Positions 25,910-35,550 of a stretch of DNA of 54,800 nucleotides are shown here, one piece after another. Location of the stretch: NCBI GenBank assembly GCA_947303375.1, contig CAMYYF010000001.1, positions 1-54,800 of the forward strand. Direction: 5' to 3'. The position numbers and the translations under genes were made by a program. The notes under the pieces were generated by a model, which made no database searches, had not been told where the DNA came from, and saw only the letters and a list, made by a program, of their open reading frames with translations. This DNA comes from an uncultured Lachnospiraceae bacterium (lineage in GTDB: Bacteria; Bacillota; Clostridia; Lachnospirales; Lachnospiraceae). The number at the start of each line of letters is the position of its first letter. Position 1 is the stretch's first letter.

Positions 25910-26978
25910 AAACCACGTATTCTTTGTAAAGTTCATCGCAGAACGCTTTACAAAAGCTGTTTGAGTCTTCGTTATCCGCGAGTATCCACGAGGATTCAAC
26001 CTGACTTACACCATAATTCGAAAGTATCGAATAAACATGCGCAATCAAAGCAAAGGGAAGACCCACTCCCCTATATTCATCAAGTACTCCGTATTCCATA
26101 ACCTTGCAGGTTTTAATTTTTTTATTTCCGAAAATATTCTTAAAATAATGTTTCGTACCGAACGCTTCGCCGGGCTTTGCAAGCTCGTTAAAATCAGGGT
26201 ACCAGAGGATAAAGCCCGCAGGCTTCCCGTCCTTAAACGCAAAAATCAAAGAATCTTCCTTCATGAAAAGAAAGAGTTCTTTTAACATTTCCTCATCGTC
26301 TTTGTAATCGCGGACGTAATAGTATTTGTGATCGGTAAAACATTTATTGTTTAAATCCGTATACATCTTCGAATATTCTTCGAAATGCTTTTTGTCGAAT
26401 TTCTTAAATTCATATTCGCGGTTAAGCTTCTCAAGTATCTTTTCGTAACGCATAAGTCTACCGTCGAGAGAATGCGTAAAATATGAATTAAGCTTAACCT
26501 CTTCGCAATTTAGGGAACGAAAATAATCGTTGTAAAAAGAAGGGTTTCCGGGTGATGAAAAAGAATTGACTTTATCAAAATGCGAATCAAGGAAACCGAG
26601 TCCGTAATTCACATGTCCGTAAAGGCCGATTACCAGTCTTTTACAGCCCTTGCTTTTCCCGATTTTACCTGCCTCGTCTACAAGCAGATTTACTGCTTCG
26701 CTTACTCCCTCGAGTGCTTCAAAAAAACAAAGCTGCACATACTCAGGCAAATCTCTTGCAACCGCAATTATTCCCTCGCAAAGGATATTGTTTTCATCAT
26801 CTTCAACCATTAATGGTGTAATGCTCAGGCTCTTCGTGAAATGAAGCTTGTCGGAGAAAATCTCTTTTAGCATAAAGAAACTGTTGTCGACATAAAGCTT
26901 CTTCTCGCCGTATATTTTTTTACGAAAAGACAGGAATTTATTCTGAAGTTTTTTACTGTCGGCAATCTCAGTTTTCAT
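25893..26978 (-). CDS. YghO / bacterial ceramide synthase-like GNAT N-acyltransferase
   Basis: FFEA, G(F)L.D.F...PGNPSFYNDYF, PDFNE, GVLDEYRGVG and ESSWILADN motifs. Start ATG 26978 with GGAG RBS. Confidence 0.68.
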   Translation of the reverse strand: MKTEIADSKKLQNKFLSFRKKIYGEKKLYVDNSFFMLKEIFSDKLHFTKSLSITPLMVEDDENNILCEGIIAVARDLPEYVQLCFFEALEGVSEAVNLLVDEAGKIGKSKGCKRLVIGLYGHVNYGLGFLDSHFDKVNSFSSPGNPSFYNDYFRSLNCEEVKLNSYFTHSLDGRLMRYEKILEKLNREYEFKKFDKKHFEEYSKMYTDLNNKCFTDHKYYYVRDYKDDEEMLKELFLFMKEDSLIFAFKDGKPAGFILWYPDFNELAKPGEAFGTKHYFKNIFGNKKIKTCKVMEYGVLDEYRGVGLPFALIAHVYSILSNYGVSQVESSWILADNEDSNSFCKAFCDELYKEYVVYEKEI

Positions 26979-27201
26979 TGCGTGCTCCGAGCGTTTCAAG
27001 ATAATCGCAGATATCCTTTATGGTTTCTGCCTTACGGTATGCGTCTTCTTTCATTTCAACACCGAGTATTTCCTCTGCCACAAATGCAAGTTCCATCAAA
27101 TCAAAAGAATTAAGCCCCAGATCTTTTTTAAAATTCGATTCGGGCGTAACATTTTCGATACCGTATTTGTCTTTTAGAATCTCAACAATTTTTTCGTACA
27201 T
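26968..27201 (-). CDS. dedicated acyl carrier protein
   Basis: DLGLNSFDLMEL Ser attachment motif, 77 aa, acidic. Confidence 0.88.
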   Translation of the reverse strand: MYEKIVEILKDKYGIENVTPESNFKKDLGLNSFDLMELAFVAEEILGVEMKEDAYRKAETIKDICDYLETLGARNEN

Positions 27202-27215
27202 CTTTAGTATTCCAT

Positions 27216-28832
27216 TTATTCATTTTTATTTGCATACACGCTTCTTATAATCTTCTTTGAGCTGTTCTTCTTTAGTTCGTCTTTGCTTACCTCAAAATCG
27301 GTTATCTGCATGTATGAAGGCAAATCTTTATTTATGTTTGCGATATCATCTTTTAGGAATTCCTGCTTTTCTTCGTCATGAAGAACTATTATCGCATAAA
27401 GGATATTGCTTCTATCGTTCACTTTCTTTGAAACAACTATGCTTTCCTTTACATAGGGAATCGAATTAATCTTACTCTCCAAAAGTTCCGGCGGAACGTT
27501 TTTGCCGTTTTCAAGGATGATGAGGTTTTTCTTTCTGCCGGTTACAAAAATAACCTTACCATCCGTATATCCGATATCTCCGGTCGCAAGATACCCATCC
27601 CTCATAATGGCTTTGGTGGCTTCCTCGTTCTTGTAATATCCAAGCATTACACAGGGACCTTTTACGAGGATTTCGCCGTCCTCGGCTATTTTGACGTCAA
27701 TATTTTTCATAATGGTTCCGGCGCTTCCGACCACATTATTCCCGGTTCTTGAAACCGCAATTGTGGGCGAACACTCGGTTAAGCCATATCCGTTTAAAAT
27801 CGTAATACCGATTTCATCAAACTTATTCACGTAATCCGCATTTAGTGCCGCTCCGCCGTTTACCACAAGGCGTAAGTTTTTACAGATTAATTTGCCGAAA
27901 AATACATGTCTTAAATCTATACCGAATTTTCTGAAAAACTTGCAAATTTTAATTGCACGGTTAAAGGTCTTCTCTTTATTCTGCTTTTTGACTTCTCTGA
28001 TGATGGAATCATACATTCCCTCGATTACCATCGGAACCGCACCAAAGAAGAACGGATTAAAAGTCCTTAGATCACGAAGCAGGTATTTTGTTTTTAGGTT
28101 TAAACAAAGAGTCGTACCGTTATAAATCGTGGCCAAAATGCAGGGGTTAAATCCGTATGTGTGATTCATCGGAAGAAATGCAAAGGTCGGATTTTTAAGG
28201 ACATTGTTTTCAAGCGTACCGCGAATATTTGTAATGACATTGTACTGGCTTAACATTACGCCCTTCATTGCCCCGTCCGTTCCCGACGTGGATGCAAGAA
28301 CGGCAAATCTGTCTTTATCCGTATCTTTTACATATTCAAAAAAATCTTCAATGCATTTTTCTTTACCTGCCGATTCTTCTTTAAATACCTTCTTAAAATC
28401 CTCGTCGTCAATGTTTAAAATCTTAAGATTGTCAGGCTTTGAAAAATCATCGCTTTCTGTTTTTATTTTTGTCTCGTCGGTCACTAAGAGATAATCAACA
28501 TCAAAATTCTTTACACAGTCTGAGAGGTTTTTTGAAGTCATCTCCTTGTCAAGCGGTACGATTACATTCTTCATTACCGTTGCCATATATATGGTTATAT
28601 ATTCGTAACGGTTTTCCGAAAAAATACCGATATGCTTTCCCTCAATCCCCTGCTTTTTAAAATACAGTCCGATAAGGGAAGTTTCTTTTATCATCTCTGC
28701 ATACGATATGTCTGTTATCTGCTCTTTATCCATGAAACGGATGGCTGTGTTTTTAGCCTTTGTTTCATATCTGCCTTTAAGCATCTCATAAAAGTTATCG
28801 TATATGACCGTATCAAGATACGGATAATCCAT
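27216..28832 (-). CDS. long-chain fatty acid-CoA/ACP ligase (AMP-binding)
   Basis: TSGTDGAMKGV, LPMNH, GYGLTE, TGDIG and GRKKNLII motifs. Confidence 0.9.
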   Translation of the reverse strand: MDYPYLDTVIYDNFYEMLKGRYETKAKNTAIRFMDKEQITDISYAEMIKETSLIGLYFKKQGIEGKHIGIFSENRYEYITIYMATVMKNVIVPLDKEMTSKNLSDCVKNFDVDYLLVTDETKIKTESDDFSKPDNLKILNIDDEDFKKVFKEESAGKEKCIEDFFEYVKDTDKDRFAVLASTSGTDGAMKGVMLSQYNVITNIRGTLENNVLKNPTFAFLPMNHTYGFNPCILATIYNGTTLCLNLKTKYLLRDLRTFNPFFFGAVPMVIEGMYDSIIREVKKQNKEKTFNRAIKICKFFRKFGIDLRHVFFGKLICKNLRLVVNGGAALNADYVNKFDEIGITILNGYGLTECSPTIAVSRTGNNVVGSAGTIMKNIDVKIAEDGEILVKGPCVMLGYYKNEEATKAIMRDGYLATGDIGYTDGKVIFVTGRKKNLIILENGKNVPPELLESKINSIPYVKESIVVSKKVNDRSNILYAIIVLHDEEKQEFLKDDIANINKDLPSYMQITDFEVSKDELKKNSSKKIIRSVYANKNE

Positions 28833-28864
28833 TTTTATGCCCTGCCTTTGTAAGTTATTTCCTG

Positions 28865-31051
28865 TTACATTTCAGCTATCCAAAAGAAGAAAATTGTAAA
28901 TAATATCGATCCGATCAACGCAACGATTGAAGCGGTATGTTTATACCTCTTATACTTATCTGTGGTTAAATCTATGATTCCCAAAGCAGAAGGTAATCCA
29001 ATCAAAAACATCATAGATACTCCGGCAACCGTACTCAGTACGGATTCTTTTTTCAATTCGGATTCTTTTGTAAAATAGCTTTCCATATCTATTTTTTTAG
29101 GAATTGAAACCTCTATATATTTCGTATATTCTTCTTCTGCATATTCATATATTATATTGATTTTTTCAAGTTCGGTTATATAATCTTCTTCTTTTACTTC
29201 AACTATACAATCGATATTTTTTTCTTCCATGAACTGTTTTGAAAGCTTAAAGGCAATCTCTCGCATATCCTCATTGGCGTCGGTGCTTACTACCTTTTGC
29301 AGTTTTTCGAGTTCACTTTTTATTCTTCTGCTAGCATCTTCTCTAAACCACTTGTTTTCGTTTATAGAAGATATCTGAGAGGTATAAATGTAAGTACACA
29401 TCGAACCCAAAACGGCAAAAGCAATCTGGAAAAATCCTTCATAAGGGTTAAATATGGAAATAGTTAAAAGTACAGCACATGTCGCGGTTGTAATTACATC
29501 CAAAAGCATATTATACGAAAGAGCTATAGCTATTCCGGCTAAAATAAAGGTTGCACAAAGAAGATTTCTGAACATTAAGGCATATTTTATTTCTTCCATG
29601 TAATAAAGACTTGATAAATCAAATATCATAGAAATCAAAAACAAAAGAAAAACACCTATATAGAAAATACTGTATCCGGCTGCAAACGAAAATCTGAGCT
29701 TGTTATTATAAGTATCTACCTTTGAAACGTTTCTTCTTATCTTTTCAATAATCTTTTCTTTTTGCTGACCCGATTTGGTTTCATCAAAACCATTTACGTA
29801 ATCTATTGCTTTTTCTCTGACGATCTTGCTGAATTCACCCTGATATTTTAGATTACCGTTACAGCTAGCCGCAATCTGTGTATACTCTTCTTTCAAATTC
29901 CCACCTGCAAGGGTGACTGCCTTATTGTAATCGGGATCTGCATACAGATAACGCGGCAGTTTTTTAATGTTTGAAGGTTTGGCTTTATTTGTATAAAGCA
30001 TTCTTAACCAGTATCCCTGAGCATAACCGGGGTAACGGGAAATAAAATTGTTAATTAATAACCTTGCCCCATTTTCTTCACCGGATTCAAGTTTTGAAAG
30101 TATTTCGTTATACAACTTATCCCTTTCAGAATCAGATGACAGAGTCTTGGCGGTATTATTACCGTTTAAAAAGCTGTCAATATTATTCGCGAGATTTTTA
30201 ATCGCGCCCTTTTCTCCTAAAATCTGAGCCTGTTTGTAAGCAAAGGCACGAGGCAGTTCTTCGGGATCGTCACATGCAAAGAATATCTGCTTCTCAGGGT
30301 GCTTTTCCATGAGTTTAAGGAATCTTCCCCACTCATTTTTAACCCAAACAGACGAAAAATACTCTGCTTTGGTGCCAATCACAGCCATTGCTTTGGCACT
30401 TTTTAACGCAGCAAATATATAGGGTTCGTATTCGATGCTGAGTTTTTCTTCGAGAGTTTTTCTGGCAAAGAATACTTTATATCCTCTCTTTGTTAGTTCT
30501 TTGTAAAGTTCATCGGCCAGTTTAACATCTTCGGTCTCTTCTCCCGTATCCAAATCGGTTTCCTTATAGCAGATAAAAACATCATAAGGGGCCTCGTCTG
30601 CCGCAATGTTGAGATATTTATTCTGAACTTCATCTATGTAATTTGCTTCTTTTAAGAGGGTTTCCTTCTGCTCGCCTTCGCATAATTCGATTGACTGTTT
30701 AAAAAAACTGCAGTCTAAAAGACTCTCATCATTTATTCTGTGAAGCGTCGGAATGTACTTATCCGATATAGGATCAGGAACATATTCTATACCGTACTCG
30801 CAAAGCGCACGATACCAGAGAATATCAGCCGTCGGGCCATACTCTTCAAGTATGTTGTCATAGATTCTTGCAGCATTGTCAAACTCGCTTTCCTGTCTTA
30901 ATTTGTTGGCGCGGTTTAACTGAAAGATTTTTTTGTTGGCAACATCCGATATAAAGTTGGTAGCACCGCAGTGTTCGCACACGGTGAGGTTTGAAAAAGT
31001 ATCGAGTACACCCCCACAGCACCTACAGTTTAAATACTCCATTTCCATCAT
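28865..31051 (-). CDS. Zn-ribbon + TIR + TPR-like + multi-TM protein (paralogue A)
   Basis: CRCCGG...CEHCG, YDVFICYKETD...SVWVKNEWGRF TIR motif, C-terminal hydrophobic helices. Confidence 0.85.
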   Translation of the reverse strand: MMEMEYLNCRCCGGVLDTFSNLTVCEHCGATNFISDVANKKIFQLNRANKLRQESEFDNAARIYDNILEEYGPTADILWYRALCEYGIEYVPDPISDKYIPTLHRINDESLLDCSFFKQSIELCEGEQKETLLKEANYIDEVQNKYLNIAADEAPYDVFICYKETDLDTGEETEDVKLADELYKELTKRGYKVFFARKTLEEKLSIEYEPYIFAALKSAKAMAVIGTKAEYFSSVWVKNEWGRFLKLMEKHPEKQIFFACDDPEELPRAFAYKQAQILGEKGAIKNLANNIDSFLNGNNTAKTLSSDSERDKLYNEILSKLESGEENGARLLINNFISRYPGYAQGYWLRMLYTNKAKPSNIKKLPRYLYADPDYNKAVTLAGGNLKEEYTQIAASCNGNLKYQGEFSKIVREKAIDYVNGFDETKSGQQKEKIIEKIRRNVSKVDTYNNKLRFSFAAGYSIFYIGVFLLFLISMIFDLSSLYYMEEIKYALMFRNLLCATFILAGIAIALSYNMLLDVITTATCAVLLTISIFNPYEGFFQIAFAVLGSMCTYIYTSQISSINENKWFREDASRRIKSELEKLQKVVSTDANEDMREIAFKLSKQFMEEKNIDCIVEVKEEDYITELEKINIIYEYAEEEYTKYIEVSIPKKIDMESYFTKESELKKESVLSTVAGVSMMFLIGLPSALGIIDLTTDKYKRYKHTASIVALIGSILFTIFFFWIAEM

Positions 31052-31075
31052 TTCTCCCCTTTTTTTGCCCGATAA

Positions 31076-32914
31076 TTATCTTGAAACTGCATCCAAAAAA
31101 CCGGCTATCTCATTTGTTACGTTCGGCGAGGCAATTATAAGAAACTGTCCGATTGAAATGCCGGTCGCAATAGCACAAAAAATAAGTGAACACATTATTC
31201 TGCTTCTGCGATTGTTATACGATTGCGAATCATTTAAGTCGGTCAACCCGGTATATTTTTTTACCTCTTCGTTTAAGCCTTCGACTATTAAAGGTTTTAC
31301 GTTGTCAAAATGATATTCTTTTATCTGTACGTCATCCGAGGCTTTATAGTTTCTTATATATTCGTTTAAAGCCATTTTGGCGAATCCGTTGTATTCCTTA
31401 CGGGCAAGTTCTTCAAGATTGCTCAACGCTTCTATCTGATTTCTCGCTTCTTTAACCGCCTCCGAATTTGCGGCCAGAAAACGGTTACCTTTCCCGACCA
31501 GTCCTATATAAAGAATCATTAAAGGATTAAAAATCAATAACAGAATATTAATTGCGGTAAAACTGTCCGCATTAGTGAACATTATTACATTCAGAGCGAC
31601 TATAATGCTGACCCCGAAAGTCATTAGCCAGGAATTGCCTGAAAAAATAATCAGATATCCGATAATTACAAAAAGCAATGAAAAAGTCAGGGATACCGCA
31701 TAATGTTGAACTTCATACCGGTCACTTCCCGGCTTGCTTTTGGTGGCGGAAATCGTCACATAAAATGCCAGCAATGATACGGCATTTGAAATCAAAAGCC
31801 AGATTGCACCTATGCTGTAATAAGACGTATAGGAATGGTTTGTTTTCAGGGCAATTGCATTTGCTTTATTAATTTCTGCGATAATACCGCTTTTCTTTAT
31901 TCCGTATTGTGTTTGGGATAAATCGTCTATAAATTTTTCGGACTTTTCGGCAAGTATTCTGTTAAACTGCTGCTGTTCCTTGGAAATTACCGTTTGCGAG
32001 TTATTATTGTTAAGACCTTCTTTGCTTTCTTTTAGAAAGTTATCTATATTGTCCGCAAGATTTTTAATTGCATTTGCTTTACCAAGGAGCTGTGCCTGTT
32101 TACCTGCAAAAGCTCTCGGCAGCTGTTCGGGATCGTCACACGCAAAGAATATCTGCTTTTCGGGGTTCTTCTCCATGAGTTTAAGGAATCTTCCCCACTC
32201 GTTTTTAACCCAGACGGAAGTAAAATACTCTGCCCTGGTACCGACCACCGCCATTGCTTTGGCGCTTTTTAATGCCGCAAATATATAGGGTTCAAAATCT
32301 ATGCTTAACTTTTCTTTAAGGGTTTCCCTTGCAAAAAATACTTTATATCCCTTTTGGGTAAGTTCATTGTAGAGTTCTTCCGCAAGTTCGGCGTCTTCGG
32401 TTTTATCGCCCGATTCAATATCGGTTTCCTTGTAGCAGACAAACACATCATACGGATCTTCATTCGCCGCAATATTAAGATATTTCGTCTGAATTTCATC
32501 TATATATTTGGCTTCTTTTAGGAGAGTTTTCTGCTCTTCTCCTTCGGATAACTCAATGGCCTGCTTAAAGAAAGAACAGTTAAAAATACTCTCATCGTTT
32601 ATTCTGTGAAGCGTGGGGAAATATTTATCCGATACGGGATCGGGTACATATTCGATGCCGTATTCGCAGAGTGTACGGTACCAAAGAATATCCGCCGAAG
32701 GCTCATTCTCCGATAAGATGTTGTCATAGATTCCCGCAGCATTGTCAAACTCTCTCTCCTGCCTTAATTTGTTGGCATGGTTTAACTGAATAATGTTTCT
32801 GTTGGTAACATCCGATATGAAATTGGTTGCACCGCAGTGCTTGCACACGGTAAGATTTGAAAAAGTATCGAGCGCACCCCCGCAGCATCTGCAGTTTAAA
32901 AACTCATTTCCCAT
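31076..32914 (-). CDS. Zn-ribbon + TIR + multi-TM protein (paralogue B)
   Basis: CRCCGG...CKHCG, YDVFVCYKETD...SVWVKNEW, about 5 TM segments. Confidence 0.85.
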   Translation of the reverse strand: MGNEFLNCRCCGGALDTFSNLTVCKHCGATNFISDVTNRNIIQLNHANKLRQEREFDNAAGIYDNILSENEPSADILWYRTLCEYGIEYVPDPVSDKYFPTLHRINDESIFNCSFFKQAIELSEGEEQKTLLKEAKYIDEIQTKYLNIAANEDPYDVFVCYKETDIESGDKTEDAELAEELYNELTQKGYKVFFARETLKEKLSIDFEPYIFAALKSAKAMAVVGTRAEYFTSVWVKNEWGRFLKLMEKNPEKQIFFACDDPEQLPRAFAGKQAQLLGKANAIKNLADNIDNFLKESKEGLNNNNSQTVISKEQQQFNRILAEKSEKFIDDLSQTQYGIKKSGIIAEINKANAIALKTNHSYTSYYSIGAIWLLISNAVSLLAFYVTISATKSKPGSDRYEVQHYAVSLTFSLLFVIIGYLIIFSGNSWLMTFGVSIIVALNVIMFTNADSFTAINILLLIFNPLMILYIGLVGKGNRFLAANSEAVKEARNQIEALSNLEELARKEYNGFAKMALNEYIRNYKASDDVQIKEYHFDNVKPLIVEGLNEEVKKYTGLTDLNDSQSYNNRRSRIMCSLIFCAIATGISIGQFLIIASPNVTNEIAGFLDAVSR

Positions 32915-32940
32915 TTGGTTTCCCCTTTAGCAATCTTCTA

Positions 32941-34830
32941 TTACCATCTCATAGTGCAGATAAATATTGTTATACCGCCTAAAATCACTATTATATATAA
33001 AGATAGTACCCATATTGCATATCTGTGTCTTCTCTCTCTGTATTGGTCAAGTACTATATCCAATACCGCTCCGATATAAGTTATAAGGGTAAAAGGAGCA
33101 ATCAGAAACGAAGCCAGTATGGTTGTACCAAATATAGATTCTTCTTTTTCCGGCGAATTTCGGGCCTCGGAATCGGAAACGTCAACGTATTTCTTATACT
33201 TTCTTTCAGCCGATTCATACATATAATTAAAATTTTCCAGTGCCTTGAAATAATCATCATCCTTGATTTTAATGCCGGAAAGGATACCGTTTTTCTCTTT
33301 ATACTGTCTTAACAGATTCGAAGCCGCTTCGGTTAATTCAGTACTTGCCATATTTGAGATCTCTTTAATATCTTCGAGTCCTTTTTTTACTTCCAGGCTC
33401 GCCTTGCTTCTTCTATGCTTAAACTTGTTAAAACTGTCTGCAACCTGACTTGTAATACTATATACCGCAATCGGAGCATAAACGGCCAGTAAAGTTAAAA
33501 AGTTTGTAAATTCACTTCGTCCGAATGTCGAGATTAACAAAACAACCATCATAAAAGAGATTGTAATCAAATCCAAAACCCAGTTATATGAAAGCAATAC
33601 AGCCGTCCCGGCTATTATAAGCGGTAAGCTCAAAAGTGTCGCCAGGACATAACTGTCCCAGTCATCTAACCATGTATACGAAAAAATAAACAGAAGCAAA
33701 ATCATAAAAACAAATGCGCTCAGATAAATTAATATTCCCAGTGCAAATGTCAGTCTGTCTTTGTTGTTGTAATAATCAACCACATCTGCATTCTTTTCGA
33801 TATCATCCAGTGCCTCTTTTCTCAACTTGCCTGTATCAGACATACGAAAGTCTTTTACAAACTCACGTGTTTTAGTCTCAATGATTTTGTCAAATTCTTC
33901 CTGATATATATTTCTTGGGGGTTGTGTTGTTTCGGAAGCGTTATTGCGATTTAAAAAGTTGTCTATATTGTCCGCAAGATTCTTGATTGCATTTGGTTTT
34001 CCCAAAAGCTGAGCCTGTTTGGCAGCAAAAGCCCTTGGCAGTTCTTCGGGATCGTTACACGCAAAGAAAATCTGCTTTTCGGGGTTCTTATCCATGAGTC
34101 TTAGGAATCTTCCCCACTCGTTTTTAACCCAGACCGAAGTGAAATACTCTGCCCTGGTACCGATTACCGCCATTGCTTTGGAGCTTTTTAATGCCGCAAA
34201 TATATAGGGTTCGAAATCTATGCTTAACTTTTCTTTAAGGGTTTCCCTTGCAAAAAATACTTTATATCCTTTTAGGGTCAGTTCGTTGTAAAGTTCCTCT
34301 GCCAATTCGACGTCTTCGGTCTTTTCACCTGTATCAAGATCGGTTTCCTTATAGCAGATAAACACATCATAAGGATCTTCGTTTGCCGCAATATTCAGAT
34401 ATTTCCTCTGAACTTCGTCTATGTATTTTGCTTCTTTTAAAAGCGTTTCTTTTTGAGTGCCTTCGGCCAATTCAAGAGCCTGATTAAAATATTTACAGTT
34501 GAAAATGCTCTCGTCTTTTATTCTGTGAAGTGTCGGAAAATATTTATCCGATACAGGGTCGGGAACATATTCGATACCGTATTCGCAGAGCGTACGATAC
34601 CAGAGAATGTCGGCTGTAGGATCATTATCGACCAAAATGACGTCGTAAATTCTGGCCGCATTGTCGAATTCACGTTCCTGTCTTAATTTATTTGCACGAT
34701 TGAGCTGATTGATGTTTTTTGAAGCAACCGGAGAAATGAAGTTCGTCGCACCGCAGAACTTGCATACGCACAAACTTCCCTTAACATCCAAGACACCCCC
34801 ACAGCATCTGCAGTTCAAAGTTTCAGCCAT
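32941..34830 (-). CDS. Zn-ribbon + TIR + multi-TM protein (paralogue C)
   Basis: CRCCGG...CKFCG, YDVFICYKETD...SVWVKNEW, about 6 TM segments. Start ATG 34830 with RBS GAGGTG. Confidence 0.85.
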   Translation of the reverse strand: MAETLNCRCCGGVLDVKGSLCVCKFCGATNFISPVASKNINQLNRANKLRQEREFDNAARIYDVILVDNDPTADILWYRTLCEYGIEYVPDPVSDKYFPTLHRIKDESIFNCKYFNQALELAEGTQKETLLKEAKYIDEVQRKYLNIAANEDPYDVFICYKETDLDTGEKTEDVELAEELYNELTLKGYKVFFARETLKEKLSIDFEPYIFAALKSSKAMAVIGTRAEYFTSVWVKNEWGRFLRLMDKNPEKQIFFACNDPEELPRAFAAKQAQLLGKPNAIKNLADNIDNFLNRNNASETTQPPRNIYQEEFDKIIETKTREFVKDFRMSDTGKLRKEALDDIEKNADVVDYYNNKDRLTFALGILIYLSAFVFMILLLFIFSYTWLDDWDSYVLATLLSLPLIIAGTAVLLSYNWVLDLITISFMMVVLLISTFGRSEFTNFLTLLAVYAPIAVYSITSQVADSFNKFKHRRSKASLEVKKGLEDIKEISNMASTELTEAASNLLRQYKEKNGILSGIKIKDDDYFKALENFNYMYESAERKYKKYVDVSDSEARNSPEKEESIFGTTILASFLIAPFTLITYIGAVLDIVLDQYRERRHRYAIWVLSLYIIVILGGITIFICTMRW

Positions 34831-34966
34831 AAAATTCACCTCTCACACATACCTGATTGGAATAACAAAACAGCTATCTTATCTTAATAATATTATTTAT
34901 ATAAATATATTAAATATACGGTATGGTGACTTATATATGTTTAATTCCCAATCCCCGCAAATTACG

Positions 34967-35332
34967 TCAGTTAGGGCACTTGATCTCCATTACTTCCTCA
35001 ATCATCTTATGCAGGAGCCTGCACTCTTCGGTATCTGCCGCTCTGTAATAAACTTCTTTGCCGTCTCTTCTCGAAACGATGAGTCCGCTGTTCTTAAGCG
35101 GTCTTAAATGATGCGATACGGCCGGCGAAGACATCTCAAGAATTGCGGATATGTTGATTACGCATTCCTCGTAATGGCAAAGAAGCCAGAATATCCTTAT
35201 CCTGGTAGGGTCTGAAAGCTGCTGGAAAAGATCTGCCACTGTTATAAAACTCTCGTTGTTGGAAAGATTGTTTTTGATTTTTTCCATACCCTTTTCTTCA
35301 CCGTGCTCATGCGGCAAAATAAACTCAGCCAT
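34967..35332 (-). CDS. ArsR/SmtB family metal-sensing repressor
   Basis: LSDPTRIRI, CV..I, SSPAVSHHLR, RRDGKEVYY. N-terminal LPHEHG. Start ATG 35332. Confidence 0.9.
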   Translation of the reverse strand: MAEFILPHEHGEEKGMEKIKNNLSNNESFITVADLFQQLSDPTRIRIFWLLCHYEECVINISAILEMSSPAVSHHLRPLKNSGLIVSRRDGKEVYYRAADTEECRLLHKMIEEVMEIKCPN

Positions 35333-35550
35333 AGAATAATACCTCTCAAAATTATAAACATTTTCCCCAAAGAAAATCATTTTACATACTGCTTTTATTG
35401 TCTCTGCAGACATGCAAAAAAATGCTTTTGTTTAAATGTCCGCAGTTAATAAAATATTATCACGAATCGGGCTATAAATCAATGAAACACCATTCCCGCG
35501 ATTATATCCCGAATGTCCGATTTTCTTTTAAAAAATATATAAAAATAATG

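Noticed and set aside
18141..28832. RiPP cluster interpretation of the five rSAMs
   Set aside because: No SPASM/RRE features, peptidase, transporter or convincing precursor. The ACP, ligase and GNATs point to an acyl substrate.
28865..34830. Thoeris, CBASS or another named defence system
   Set aside because: No SIR2/Macro ThsA, cyclase, STING or Argonaute partner. The architecture matches no named system I know.
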